Shown one piece after another: positions 35,206 through 49,871 of a DNA stretch of 62,121 bases. The first letter of the stretch is position 1. Each line of letters opens with the position of its first letter. The notes below the pieces were generated by a model. That model ran no database searches. It saw nothing but the letters and a program-made list of their open reading frames with translations, and was not told the DNA's origin. Origin of the DNA: Polyangiaceae bacterium (GTDB taxonomy: Bacteria; Myxococcota_A; Polyangia; Polyangiales; Polyangiaceae); the NCBI GenBank assembly GCA_035063585.1, contig JAPSGB010000028.1, forward strand, positions 1 through 62,121, given 5' to 3'. The translations under genes and the position numbers were made by a program.

Positions 35206-37566
35206 TCACCGGTCGCCGATGCCGAGGTCGTCGCTCGGGCTCGGGGGCTCGCCCGGTTCGAGGTCTTCGTTGCCGTCAGACCCCGGTACGCTCGTGAAGC
35301 GGGCCGGGACGCCAAAGGTGACCTGTTCTTCGAGCCCCGCGGCGAGCTCGTCGTCGCTGATCCGATGGATGCGGTGAGCGAGCTGCATCAGCTTGCGAAG
35401 GTAGGCGCTCCAGCCGGGGCTGACCGCTCCGCCCGCTCCGAAGTGCTGGCGCCGAGGGTTCGGCAAGATGGAAGCGAGGTAGAGCGACTGACCGAGCGAG
35501 AGGCCCGCCGCGCTGGTGTTGAAGTAGTAGCGCGCGGCCGGACCGATCCCGTAGATGCCCGGCCCGAACTCGACTACGTTCAAATAGAGCTCGAGGATCT
35601 CGTCTTTGGTGAGCTCTTGCTCGAGGAGCAGGGTGAGCACCGCCTCCTCGAGCTTGCGCGAGAGCGTCTTCTCGCGAGAGAGATAGAGGTTCTTCGCGAG
35701 CTGCATCGAGAGCGTGCTCGCGCCGCGCAAGAAGCGGCCAGCCTTGACGTTCTCGCGGATCGAATTGCGAATCGCTTCCTCGTCGAAGCCGTGATGACGC
35801 CGGAAGCCCGCGTCTTCGCAGATCATGAGCGCCGTCTCCATGTGCTTGGAGATCGCGAAGCGCGGAACCCAGGTAGGGGTGCCCGGGCCGCTGGTGATGG
35901 TGAGCGGCTGGCGATCCGCGCCGGTGACGACGCGGGTCCACGGCTCGTGGAAGCGGCGCGGCGAGACCGAGGCCGGCACCGCCGTGATGCGACACCCGTT
36001 GGCGACCGTCCAGCGCGTCACCATGTCGTCCGGGCGGCGGGTGTCGAGCTCGAGCCGGCCATCGAGCGAGAACGTCCCGCTCGCGCGCATCCCGGCGAGG
36101 AGCGGGGTCAGCCCCGCGGGGCTCGACTCGAGCAGGTCGTCGCACGACGCGAGCGGGATCCCGCCCGTCAAGGAGATCCGCTTCCAGCCCTCGCCGCGCT
36201 CGAGCTGCCCCTTGGCGGTGAGCCGCACCTTGCCGACGCCGAGCTCGCTCTCGTCGAGCACGAGCCGAGCGCCGTCGAGTGCGAGGTTGCCGTGCCCGCG
36301 CCAGGCGAGATCGAGGCCCGCGACGCGCTCGGCGGAGAGCCAACGCTTCTCCACCGACAGCCCATCGAGGCGAGCCTGGCCGGCAAAATCGAGGGTGCGT
36401 CCATCGGCGGCGAGCTCCAGGCCGAGGCGCGCGGTGAGCTGGCTCCGCGTGAGCTGCGTGAGGCCCAGATCGCCGTCCTTCACGCCGAGCGAGGCGAGGC
36501 TGACCGGCCCGCCCTCCACGGCGAGCCCGACCGGCCGTTCACCGAGCGGGAGCTCGAGCTTCAGGGTGAGCGGCGCCTTCTGCTCGGCGGAGCCTGGTGT
36601 CAGCGACGCCACCACGCGCTCCTGGTCGCGCACGACGTGCAGGCGCCCCGGGCCGAAGTTCAAGGTCTGCCCCGCGTGTCGGAGCCGAAGCTCGAGCCCG
36701 TCGAGATCGACCGCGCCCGAGGCCGGCAGCGTGCCGCTGACGGCGAGCGCCGCACGCGCCAGCGCCGCGCGCAGTCGTGGACCACGCTCGCGCGCGCTCG
36801 CCTCTGAACCGTCAGGACTGCCGGACAGCGCGCCAGGCCGGGGCGCAGCCGAGCCGGCCGGAACTTCTTTGGATGTCGGTCCGGCGCGAGTCAGCGCGTC
36901 GCCCAGCGCCGTCGCGCCGAGCTCGAGCGTGGCCGCGACGTGGTCGGCCGTGACGCGCTCGAGCCAGCGCTGCCCCTCGACGTTGACCAGGCTGACGCCT
37001 CCACCCGCGAGCTCCACAGCGCTCTTCCCCCAGCGCGCCCGCGCGAGGTCCACGGTCAGCTCTTCCCGGGAGCCAGACGACCGGTCCAACGCGAGCCCCC
37101 AGGCCTCGACGGTCCGTCCGGGGTCGGCGCGCCAGAGCAGGTGCAGCCCGGCCGCGCGCAGATGCGGGGCTCCGCGCGCGCTCGCGTCTACCTCGCCATC
37201 CGAGGACGCGCGACGCTTCGCGCGCCACGCGCGCAGCTCGGCCATCACCGTGGAGGGCGCACCGGTCACCGAGATCTCGCCGCCATGAGCGGTCACCTCC
37301 GTGACGACCAGGCCCGCGCTCACGCGAACCTCGACGGCGTCCAGCCGGATGTTCAGGCTCGGTGCATCCCGGAGCTGCGCGCGGACGTCGCGGAGCCAGA
37401 GGCGGCCGAGCCCTGGGCGGACCGCGCCGATCTCGAGCGAGAGTCCGGCGCGCTCGGCGCGCGCGCTCGCCTGCGCGCGAACGAGTGGGCTGAACCCGGC
37501 GCTCGCCGCGCCGCTCGCCGCGAGCAGGGCGAGGGCCCCGATCTTCAACCCGGTGCGCATCGGCAC
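35206..37566 (-). CDS. Large monofunctional peptidoglycan transglycosylase (GT51) domain protein
   Basis: C-terminal EDAGF..H.G, GASTLSMQLAKNL, RKLEE, KDEILELYLNVVEFG; long N-terminal extension; no transpeptidase domain. Confidence 0.88.
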   Translation of the reverse strand: MPMRTGLKIGALALLAASGAASAGFSPLVRAQASARAERAGLSLEIGAVRPGLGRLWLRDVRAQLRDAPSLNIRLDAVEVRVSAGLVVTEVTAHGGEISVTGAPSTVMAELRAWRAKRRASSDGEVDASARGAPHLRAAGLHLLWRADPGRTVEAWGLALDRSSGSREELTVDLARARWGKSAVELAGGGVSLVNVEGQRWLERVTADHVAATLELGATALGDALTRAGPTSKEVPAGSAAPRPGALSGSPDGSEASARERGPRLRAALARAALAVSGTLPASGAVDLDGLELRLRHAGQTLNFGPGRLHVVRDQERVVASLTPGSAEQKAPLTLKLELPLGERPVGLAVEGGPVSLASLGVKDGDLGLTQLTRSQLTARLGLELAADGRTLDFAGQARLDGLSVEKRWLSAERVAGLDLAWRGHGNLALDGARLVLDESELGVGKVRLTAKGQLERGEGWKRISLTGGIPLASCDDLLESSPAGLTPLLAGMRASGTFSLDGRLELDTRRPDDMVTRWTVANGCRITAVPASVSPRRFHEPWTRVVTGADRQPLTITSGPGTPTWVPRFAISKHMETALMICEDAGFRRHHGFDEEAIRNSIRENVKAGRFLRGASTLSMQLAKNLYLSREKTLSRKLEEAVLTLLLEQELTKDEILELYLNVVEFGPGIYGIGPAARYYFNTSAAGLSLGQSLYLASILPNPRRQHFGAGGAVSPGWSAYLRKLMQLAHRIHRISDDELAAGLEEQVTFGVPARFTSVPGSDGNEDLEPGEPPSPSDDLGIGDR

Positions 37567-37661
37567 CGCTCAGCGTAGCGTCGGCCCTCGCGCGTGGCCC
37601 ATCTTACCGCCACGCGGCGCAAGCCCGGCGACGTCGGAGCTCGTCCGGCCGCGCGGGCCCT

Positions 37662-37703
37662 TAAAAGGCGACGGGGTCCCGACCTCTCGGTCGGGACCCC
37701 GTC
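37662..37703 (-). terminator. rRNA operon intrinsic terminator
   Basis: 15-bp perfect stem GACGGGGTCCCGACC/GGTCGGGACCCCGTC, then GCCTTTT on the minus strand. Confidence 0.88.
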
Positions 37704-37707
37704 ATTA

Positions 37708-37824
37708 GCCCGGCAGCGTCCTACTCTCCCACACAGTTGCCCGTGCAGTACCATCGGCTCCGAAGAGCTTGACTTCCGAGTTCGAGATGGGATCGGGTAT
37801 GGCCTCTTCGATAATGCCACCGGA
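37708..37824 (-). rRNA. rrf: 5S rRNA
   Basis: CCCGATCCCATCTCGAACTCGGAAGTCAAG...CCGATGGTACTGC...GGGAGAGTAGG; ends approximate. Confidence 0.96.
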
Positions 37825-37947
37825 AATTTATGGGCGTCCACGCTCGCGTATGCTGCGCTATCTCGAACCCGCTCTCAGCACGACTGTGCTGGACGAGCTC
37901 GTCTGCCCGGACTCCGGGCACCAACTACAATGTTTGCCTTAAGTGCA

Positions 37948-40957
<3,010 letters not shown>

Positions 40958-41199
40958 TTACCCCTAAGGCACGCATCGAGCTGGTGCCCGGAGTCCGATA
41001 GTCGAACTCCTGGCGCCAGCGCATGCAATGGGCACGCGCGCCGTTGCGCGCGATGCCTCTACGCTAGCTATTGGACGCAAAAACCTAAATTTTCATAGAT
41101 GCTGAACGCCGGAGCGTTCCACGGTGCGGTGACCGTTTGACCCGACGAGACGTCGAGTCCTTAGTCTTGGTGGGGGCAGTAGCTTCCCGATCGCCCCGG

Positions 41200-41272
41200 T
41201 GGAGCTGATCGGGATCGAACCGACGACCTCAGGCTTGCAAAGCCCGCGCTCTCCCAGCTGAGCTACAGCCCC
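41200..41272 (-). tRNA. tRNA-Ala (TGC)
   Basis: GGGGCTGTAGCTCAGCTGGGAGAGCG...TTGCAAG...GGTTCGATCCC; lies in the ITS. Confidence 0.97.
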
Positions 41273-41300
41273 GCGATCCGCCGGAGACGGACGCACTGCG

Positions 41301-41374
<74 letters not shown>

Positions 41375-41545
41375 GAAGGGACTATCGCTGCGCGACTCTC
41401 GTGCGCGAGGACCGGTCCCATGCTCGGTCCCTCAAAACCGAGTCCCATACCTGCATCGAGCTCGTGACGGATAGTGAAAGGACCGTCTCTTGCTCTACAT
41501 CGCGCGAGTTTCGACCATTAGGTGTTCCTCCAGTGCTGGAGGAAA

Positions 41546-43111
<1,566 letters not shown>

Positions 43112-43249
43112 GAACCTTTCGGCGTTCAGCCGTCGCTTGCGCGACGACCATCGCCATGACTCTTCACTATAGGAATGCACTCATCGGCTGACGAGCGCGT
43201 CGGGATGACGTGCTCTGCCGGTGGTGCGGGACCCGCGCGATTTCTCGCG

Positions 43250-43278
43250 GGTATGGGACTCAGTTTTCAAGGACCGAG
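43250..43278 (-). promoter_or_regulatory. rRNA leader boxA-like element and 16S processing stem arm
   Basis: Leader CTCGGTCCTTGAAAACTGAGTCCCATACC is complementary to the ITS segment at about 41423-41451. Confidence 0.7.
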
Positions 43279-43305
43279 GGGAGCGAGCTCCCGAGCGGGG
43301 CGGAG

Positions 43306-43334
43306 AATCTAGGGCTTCTTCGAGCGTCTGTCAA
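43306..43334 (-). promoter_or_regulatory. Sigma70 rRNA promoter TTGACA-N17-TAGATT
   Basis: Consensus -35, 17-nt spacer and near-consensus -10, upstream of the 16S leader. Confidence 0.85.
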
Positions 43335-43969
43335 CGGGATTTCTTCGCTAGGTTGCGATTTCGTCCCGCCGGGCGCTCTCGGCGCTAGGTCCGTCCGCGT
43401 CCCTGGTTCGTGCCAGGGGGGCGGACATATGTCCCTTCTCGACGGACTAGGCAAGTCTTTTTCTTCGAGGCTCAGACGATTTGCGTGTGGATATCATGTG
43501 GATAGCTGTAAGTGTGGGAACGCACGCGGTTAAGTGCGTGTTTCGAGTTTGCAACGACTGGCATGGAAGGGCGAAGGAGTGCCTTGACGGAGGGCGCCCC
43601 CCAGAGCTCTCGCGGCTCGAATCTCCCAGCTCGTGCGCGAGGGACGCCTCAGAGCCTTTGCGGAGGTCGCCCCCAGGGCTCTCGCGGGGTCTTGGGGCTG
43701 GCGCGGCGCGGAAGCCTCGGGGCGCGGCCGCTCGAAGGCGTCCAGCGGGAGCGCCGGGGGAGCGGGCGGCTCGCGGCGGCGCCCCGCGCAACGTCGGGTG
43801 TTTTCCGAAGCCGGACACGCGCTCACGATAGCCGCTTGAGGGCACGCCGCGGCTCCGGCGCGAATGTGCGCCCAGGGAGCGTCGAGCTCGTCCTCACGAC
43901 ACCCGCTCGAGGGCACCCTACGACTCCCGCGCTACGTCCGGCGTTTTCCCGCTAGGCTCGCGGCGGGCG

Positions 43970-44338
43970 ATGAGGGTTCGTTTCGGCTGGGTGGCAGGGC
44001 TGGCAGCGGCTGCGATCACGAGCGCGTCGTTCGCGGTGGCGGAGCCGCCGAGTTGTGGCGCGCCGGGACGTCCGCCGTGTCCGCTCCAGGCGTGGATGCG
44101 CGCGGAGATTGCGCGCCCGCTCGCGTCGCGAGAGCTGAGCACGCTCGCGAGCGCGCTCGAACGGCTCGCGAAGATGAACCCCGATCCCGGGAAGTGGCGC
44201 AATTGGGACGCGTTCGCGCTCGACGGCGCGAAGCGCGCGCGCGAAGGCAAGGCGCCCGTCAGCGCGTGCGTGAATTGTCATCGAATCTATCGCGCCGAGT
44301 ACAACGCGCGCTTCCGGCGACGCGCCGTCGCACCCTGA
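43970..44338 (+). CDS. Small exported c-type cytochrome (helical, C-terminal CxxCH)
   Basis: Signal peptide; CVNCH near the C-terminus; extra Cys pair in CG.PG.PPCPLQAWM. Confidence 0.75.
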   Translation: MRVRFGWVAGLAAAAITSASFAVAEPPSCGAPGRPPCPLQAWMRAEIARPLASRELSTLASALERLAKMNPDPGKWRNWDAFALDGAKRAREGKAPVSACVNCHRIYRAEYNARFRRRAVAP

Positions 44339-44674
44339 CTCGCCGCGGGATGCGCGGAGGATGTGGCGCGCCCTGACTCGCCGCGGGATGCGCGGAGGAC
44401 GTGACGCGCCCTGACTCGCCGCGGGATGCGCGGAGGACGTGACGCGCCCTGACTCGCCGCGGGATGCGCGGAGGATGTGACGCGCCCTGACTCGCCGCGG
44501 GGTGCGCGGAGGACGTGACGCGCCCTGACTCGCCGCGGGATGCGCGGAGGACGTGACGCGCCCTGACTCGCCGCGGGGTGCGCGGAGGACGTGACGCGCC
44601 CTGACTCGCCGCGGGATGCGCGGAGGACGTGACGCGCCCTGACTCGCCGCGGGATGCGCGGAGGACGTGACGCG
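44333..44674. repeat. Tandem array of 9 x 38-bp units (CCCTGACTCGCCGCGGGATGCGCGGAGGACGTGACGCG)
   Basis: Units start at 44333, 44371, 44409 and so on to 44637, with only 1-2 nt variants; no spacers. Confidence 0.95.
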
Positions 44675-44773
44675 CGCGACGAATGAGCGGGCGGGCCGCG
44701 GCCGCGCCGCGCGGCGTTGCAAGTGAGCGAGCGCGTCGCGCTGCGACGCGAGCGACGCGCTGCGACGCGAGCG

Positions 44774-44882
44774 ACGCGCCGATTCCGCGCCGGACCGACC
44801 AGACCGGCTAGTCGTCGAGCTCGCTTTGGTAAGTTCGCCGCTCCACGCGCCGATTCCGCGCCGGACCGACCAGACCGGCTAG
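44774..44882. repeat. 38-bp direct repeat x2 (ACGCGCCGATTCCGCGCCGGACCGACCAGACCGGCTAG) with 33-bp spacer
   Basis: Copies at 44774-44811 and 44845-44882. Confidence 0.85.
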
Positions 44883-45529
44883 GTGGGCAGATCGTCGGCG
44901 TACCAGCGATCGAGCGGCTCGCGCACGAGGTTGAACTCGGCGCCGGACGCGGTGCGGACCCGGAAGCCGAGCTCGTCGTGCGCGAGCGAAGCGTGTCTAT
45001 AGCGACCCAGGAGCTCCAGAGCCGCCCAGGCGCCCTGGTGCCAGAGCGAGGCGGGCCGGCGGCGATCGCTCGAGGCGGTGCGCACGTCGACGCGGACCCA
45101 GCGCTCGAGCGAGCTCGGCGCACCACCCCACGGTTCGAGCCCAGACTCGGCGCAGAGCTCGCGGAGCGCCTCGGCGATCGCGCGGCGCGACACGGAGAGG
45201 CAGCGGCGCGGCAGGCAGAGCACCAGCGCGTAGCCCTCGCTCATCGAATGGACTGCGTAGCTCCGCGCGCTCGCGCGGACCACGAGCTCGGCCGTCGTGC
45301 GCCACGCGGGGATCTTCGACTCGTGCAAGCGGCGGAGGACCAGACGCCACTCGGCGGCCGCGACCTTGATCTCGAAGGGTCCGAGCTCGCCGGCGTAGTC
45401 CACCGTCTCACCCTCGGCGTCGACGAAGGCGGCAGCGATCGCGCTCGAGCCGGCGCAGAGGCGCATCAGGATCCCGCTGAAGGGAGAGGCGGCCTGATCG
45501 CGCGGGGCGAGGCTGTGCCGGCGCCTCAT
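44879..45529 (-). CDS. Roadblock/LC7 (MglB-like) domain protein with C-terminal extension
   Basis: PFSGILMRL...AAAFVDAEGETVDYAG...EGYALVL pattern. Confidence 0.7.
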   Translation of the reverse strand: MRRRHSLAPRDQAASPFSGILMRLCAGSSAIAAAFVDAEGETVDYAGELGPFEIKVAAAEWRLVLRRLHESKIPAWRTTAELVVRASARSYAVHSMSEGYALVLCLPRRCLSVSRRAIAEALRELCAESGLEPWGGAPSSLERWVRVDVRTASSDRRRPASLWHQGAWAALELLGRYRHASLAHDELGFRVRTASGAEFNLVREPLDRWYADDLPT

Positions 45530-46470
45530 CGGCTCAACCGCACGCGTGACGTGAGATCGATCGCGGAGCGCTCCACGCTCACGCTAGCGCGGCTCGAGAG
45601 GCGCTCGGTGAGCGCGGCCGCGGCCGAGGCCGCGCGGGCGTCCATGACCTCGGGCGAGAGCCGGACGCGTCGCTCGGCGAGCGGGACCCGGTGGGCGGCG
45701 ATCTTCTCGAGCAGCAGGATCACGTGATAGCCGGACGGCGAGCGCACCACCGGGCTAAGCTCGCCGACCGCGGTGAGCGCGTTTGCGGCCTTCGCGAACT
45801 CGACCTCGAAGCGCGGCGCGGGCGCGCCCGGAGCGAGGGGCTCGTCCGGGTGGACGCGCCCGTCGGCAGCGCACGCCGGGAGCCGCTCGATCACCACGCG
45901 CAGCCCGCCCGCCGGCACCTCGCGCGCCGCTTTCATGAACGCCTCGGGGTCCGCGAGGCCAGCGACCGCTCGGGCGATGCGCTCGGCGAGCGCGCGAGCT
46001 CCGGCGTCGGCGGCGGGAGCGCCGGGCACGACGACGGCGTGCACGGTGCGCGCCATCGGCGGACGATCGAGCTCGAACCAGTGCGCGGCGGTGAAGCGCG
46101 CGACCTCGTCGTCGGTGGGCGGCCCGGCGGCGCGGGCCTCGCGCGCGAGGGACTCGAGGAGCGTGCGGGCGAGCGCGCCGCGAATTGCCGAGGAGAGGCG
46201 GCCCGTCCCGGCCAGACGCTCCCGCGCGCCGGCGGCAAAGAGCGCGTCGGTGAGCGCGCGGCGGCGCGCGGCCTCGAGCGTGACCCCTTCGCGGAGCGCG
46301 ATCTCGCGCACGCTCGCGGCCCTCACCGGCTCGCCGGCGACCACGGCGACCACGCCGTCCGGGAGGGTGGCGCCGGCCCCGAGAGCGGCGGCCTTCGCGT
46401 CGTCGGGCGCGCCGGAGCGCGCGCACCCCGCGAGGAGCGCAGCCGCGACGAGCGCCCGGCGCGAGCTCAT
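45526..46470 (-). CDS. PpiC/parvulin-type peptidyl-prolyl isomerase lipoprotein
   Basis: Lipobox LAGC; FEVEFAKAA..L..VGELSPVVRSPSGYHVI. Confidence 0.8.
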   Translation of the reverse strand: MSSRRALVAAALLAGCARSGAPDDAKAAALGAGATLPDGVVAVVAGEPVRAASVREIALREGVTLEAARRRALTDALFAAGARERLAGTGRLSSAIRGALARTLLESLAREARAAGPPTDDEVARFTAAHWFELDRPPMARTVHAVVVPGAPAADAGARALAERIARAVAGLADPEAFMKAAREVPAGGLRVVIERLPACAADGRVHPDEPLAPGAPAPRFEVEFAKAANALTAVGELSPVVRSPSGYHVILLLEKIAAHRVPLAERRVRLSPEVMDARAASAAAALTERLSSRASVSVERSAIDLTSRVRLSR

Positions 46471-46649
46471 CGGGTACCAGCCCGGGGCCGAAAGAGATCG
46501 GTGGAGGCGCGAAGCACGAGCGCGCCGGCCGCGAGCCAGTAGAGCGCCTCGAGATCACGGTGCGCGCCGAGCGCGCGGACGCCCCAGGCAAACGCCCCCG
46601 CCGCTGCGAGCAGCAAGAGGACGCTGATGGCATCGACGACTCTCGTCAC
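46467..46649 (-). CDS. Small 2-TM membrane protein
   Basis: Two hydrophobic helices; translationally coupled within the operon. Confidence 0.65.
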   Translation of the reverse strand: MTRVVDAISVLLLLAAAGAFAWGVRALGAHRDLEALYWLAAGALVLRASTDLFRPRAGTR

Positions 46650-46661
46650 CTCATCCCTCGC

Positions 46662-47384
46662 TCACGAGAACAGCTTCCACAGGAGGCCGATGAACAGCAA
46701 GAAGGTCAGCACCGCGAGCGGGCGCGCGGCCCCGCCGAGCCGCCGCCGCGGCGGCAGCACCGGCCGCCACTTTCCCCGCTCGACCGCGATGACGCTGCCC
46801 GCATCGACCAGCCCGAGCGCGCAGGCGAGCGCCACCGCGTGCGCCAGGAGGGCGTGTTGCGCGCGCGTGACCGTCCAGGCGTAATAGATGGGCGCGGCCG
46901 CGGCGAGCGTCCCGAGGAGCACGATCGCGACCGCTCCGCGGGGGAGCGCGCCGCGCGCGGAGAGCGACTCGCCCGCGACGGCGTGCGGGTGATCCTCGGG
47001 GATGGCGTCGGCGCGGCGCAGCGAACCCCAGCCGAGCGCGAAGAGCGCCCAGCCCACCATGCCGAGCCCAGCGCGCAAGGGGTCGAGCCGCTGGACTCCG
47101 ATGAGCGGGCCGAGGAGGAACCACGTGACGAGCGAGAACCCGACGAAGGCGAGCACCCCGAGCGCGCGGCCGAGCCGCGGGCGCTCGAGCGCCACGACGG
47201 GGCCCGCGACCAGGCACGCGAGCGCGAGGAACGCCGCGGCGCGCGCGGCGAATGACGCGCCGCGCGCGGTCGCCGGCGAGCCGACCGTGGTGAGCCACGC
47301 GTAGAGCCCGGGGAGCAGGCGGTTCGTCAGGGAGACGAGCCCGCGCCGGAGCGCGCTCGGGCGGGTCGCGCCGACCGGGTCCAT
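46662..47384 (-). CDS. Hypothetical multi-pass membrane protein
   Basis: About 7 hydrophobic segments. Confidence 0.75.
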   Translation of the reverse strand: MDPVGATRPSALRRGLVSLTNRLLPGLYAWLTTVGSPATARGASFAARAAAFLALACLVAGPVVALERPRLGRALGVLAFVGFSLVTWFLLGPLIGVQRLDPLRAGLGMVGWALFALGWGSLRRADAIPEDHPHAVAGESLSARGALPRGAVAIVLLGTLAAAAPIYYAWTVTRAQHALLAHAVALACALGLVDAGSVIAVERGKWRPVLPPRRRLGGAARPLAVLTFLLFIGLLWKLFS

Positions 47385-47529
47385 GAGGCGCTCCCGCTAT
47401 CCCCTCTCCGCCGTAGCGACGGGAACAAGCGAAGCGGCTGTCACCTCGCGACGCGGCATGGCCGGAGCCTAGCAAAGGTTCCCCCCGCGCGCGCTCGGGC
47501 CACGGGGCTACGCGCCGGACCGACCCCCC

Positions 47530-48252
47530 TCACGCGACGGTGGGGCGGCGGGAGCGAGCTCGGGCGTACGCGAGCAGCGTGGCGAGCGCGGCGGCGACCG
47601 CCAACCCCGAGAGGATCCAAGGGGCGCGGCTCGGAGCGAGCGGCCTCGCGACGACCACGACGCGCGGGCCAGGCGCGCGGCTCGCCTCGATCCAGGTGAG
47701 GCGGCGCGCGACCGCGCGGGTGCCGAGCTCCCCGGCGAGGTCGAGGGCGCGACCCTCGGGCGGCTGGAAGCTGACCTCGGTGAGCTCGACGTCTGGCTCG
47801 TGGGAGGCGTCGCTCACGCGGAGCGCGCCCACCTGCCCGGGCGACACGCCGAGCTCCAGCGTCCAGGCGAGGTGGAGGTCGCCAGGCGGGCCCGGCTCCC
47901 AGCCTTCGGCGGCTACCCGCGCGACGTCCGTGAGCGCGAGCTTTCTGCACGCGAGCTCTTCGAGGGAAGCACCCGCGCAGATGGTCAGAGTCGCGAGGAG
48001 CCGCGCGGTGCGGGCGTCGAGCGCGCGCGCGCCCTCGGCGGCGCTGACCCGTAGATCGCCGTCGGCGTCGGCGGCTCGTCGAGCCTCCGCGGCCGCTTCG
48101 GGCCCGAAGCCGAGCCGATACTCGAGCTGGACCGGGTCGCGATCCAGCCGGAGCTCGACGAGCCGCTCGCCGCGCACGTCCGGGAAGGCGAGGTGCGCGG
48201 CGGTCGCGCTCGTGATCGCGAGGATCGCGAGCGCGACGAGGAGGCTACGCAC
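47530..48252 (-). CDS. Hypothetical exported protein with C-terminal TM anchor
   Basis: Signal peptide followed by His (AAH), an EF-hand-like DADGD, and a C-terminal TM; overlaps the pepA stop. Confidence 0.7.
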   Translation of the reverse strand: MRSLLVALAILAITSATAAHLAFPDVRGERLVELRLDRDPVQLEYRLGFGPEAAAEARRAADADGDLRVSAAEGARALDARTARLLATLTICAGASLEELACRKLALTDVARVAAEGWEPGPPGDLHLAWTLELGVSPGQVGALRVSDASHEPDVELTEVSFQPPEGRALDLAGELGTRAVARRLTWIEASRAPGPRVVVVARPLAPSRAPWILSGLAVAAALATLLAYARARSRRPTVA

Positions 48253-49729
48253 TATTTTCGACGAAGCGGACGAAGGTGAGCACCGCGTGCCCGGTGCCGC
48301 CCTTCGGCGTCACTCCGCGCGCGCGATCAGCGAGCGCGGGCCCGGCGATGTCGCAGTGGACCCACGGCACCTTGCCCACGAACTCGCGGAGGAAGAGCGC
48401 GGCGGTGATGGAGCCACCCCAGCGATCACCCATGTGCTTGAGATCCGCGATGTCGCTCTTCAGCTGCTCGCGGAGATCCTCGAGGAGCGGCATGCGCCAC
48501 ATCTGCTCGCCGGCCTGCTTGGCGGCCGCGTCCACCTGGCGCGCGAGCTTGTCGTCACCGGTGTAGAAGCCGGTGCAGTTCTTACCGAGGGCGACCATGC
48601 ACGCGCCGGTGAGGGTCGCGGCGTCGATGATGACGTCGGGCTCGAGCTTCACGGCGTAGGCGAGCGCGTCAGCGAGCACCAGGCGCCCCTCGGCGTCGGT
48701 GTTGATGATCTCGACCGTCTTGCCGTCGAGGGAGCCGAAGACGTCACCGGGACGGTACGCGGCGCCATCGGGCATGTTCTCGGCCGAGGCGATGATGCCG
48801 TGCACCTCGACATCGAGCCCGAGCTCGGCGACCGCGAGCAGGGTGCCGAGCACGGCGGCCGCGCCGCCCATGTCGCTCTTCATCTCGCCCATACCGGGAG
48901 CCGGCTTGATGCAGAGCCCGCCCGAGTCGAAGGTGAGGCCCTTGCCGACGAAGACGAGTCGCCGGCGGCTCTTCTTCGGCTTGTACGTGAGGTGGATGAA
49001 GCGCGGATCGTTGGCGCTGCCCTGCCCGACCGCGTAGTGGAGCTTCATCCCCGCGCTCTTGATGCCCGCCTTGTCGAGCACCGTGATCTTGAGCTTGTGC
49101 TTCTTCGAGAGCTGCGTCGCGAGGTCGGCGAGCGCGGCCGGCGTGAGCTCGTTCGGCGGCTCGTTCACCGCGTCGCGCGCCACGCACACCGCGGCAGCCA
49201 CCGCCGCGCCCTGAGCGAGCGCCTTCTTGTCCGTCACGCCCGCACGACCGGCGAGCTTGTACACGGTGACCGCGCCGAGCGCGGCCTTGGGCTTACGATC
49301 GCCGGTGAGGTACTTCGTGAAGCGGTACGCGCCGAGGGTGAGCCCCTCGCCGACCGCGCGAAAATCGGGGCCCGCGACCTTGTCGGGCGGGACGAAGGCG
49401 AGCGAGCGCGCCGAGGGACCGGACGCGCGGGCGGCGGTCGCCGCCAGGGTGCGGACGCGTGCGTCGTCGAGCCCGCGCTTCTCGCCGCCGCCGATGAGCA
49501 GCACGCGGCGCGCCGGCAGGCGGCCGAGGGTCGGCACTTCGAGCGTCTGCTCGGCCTTGCCGGTGAACTCCTGCTCGTCGGCGTAGCGCCGGAGCGCGCC
49601 GCCGAGCTGGGCGTCGAGGGCGGCGATGATCTTGTGTTTGTCGAGGGTGCCCTGGAGCACGCTGACGGCGAGGACGTCGACCTCTTGGGCGGTGGGGTCG
49701 GAGGCGGAAAGCTGTAGCTCGAGTGACAT
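48245..49729 (-). CDS. pepA: Leucyl aminopeptidase (M17)
   Basis: VGKGLTFDSGG..IKP, MKSDMGG, NTDAEGRL, ATLTGA, DIAG. Confidence 0.96.
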   Translation of the reverse strand: MSLELQLSASDPTAQEVDVLAVSVLQGTLDKHKIIAALDAQLGGALRRYADEQEFTGKAEQTLEVPTLGRLPARRVLLIGGGEKRGLDDARVRTLAATAARASGPSARSLAFVPPDKVAGPDFRAVGEGLTLGAYRFTKYLTGDRKPKAALGAVTVYKLAGRAGVTDKKALAQGAAVAAAVCVARDAVNEPPNELTPAALADLATQLSKKHKLKITVLDKAGIKSAGMKLHYAVGQGSANDPRFIHLTYKPKKSRRRLVFVGKGLTFDSGGLCIKPAPGMGEMKSDMGGAAAVLGTLLAVAELGLDVEVHGIIASAENMPDGAAYRPGDVFGSLDGKTVEIINTDAEGRLVLADALAYAVKLEPDVIIDAATLTGACMVALGKNCTGFYTGDDKLARQVDAAAKQAGEQMWRMPLLEDLREQLKSDIADLKHMGDRWGGSITAALFLREFVGKVPWVHCDIAGPALADRARGVTPKGGTGHAVLTFVRFVENSA

Positions 49730-49871
49730 CGCGCGGGTTCTCCTCGGTCGGGAAGGGTACGGGGCGGCGATAGTGCCACCCCGCCCCGCACGGCATCAAG
49801 CCCGGGCGCGCGGCCTCGCGAGCGTCCGCCTACGCGCTGAACATCGGACGAGCGGTGCGCGCCTGCGCGCC

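Noticed and set aside
43450..43960. ncRNA or ORFs upstream of the rRNA promoter
   Set aside because: No recognisable structure or coding signal; probably the upstream regulatory region of the rRNA operon.
44333..44674. CRISPR array
   Set aside because: Units are head-to-tail with no unique spacers, and there are no cas genes in the window.
44774..44882. Mini-CRISPR (38-bp repeat, 33-bp spacer)
   Set aside because: Only two copies, no leader or cas genes, and the second copy contains a gene stop codon; a local duplication is simpler.
47540..49717. 725-aa plus-strand ORF and similar long antisense ORFs (7672-9021, 11080-12462, 14277-15851, 55851-58013)
   Set aside because: Shadow ORFs opposite well-supported genes, expected at high GC.
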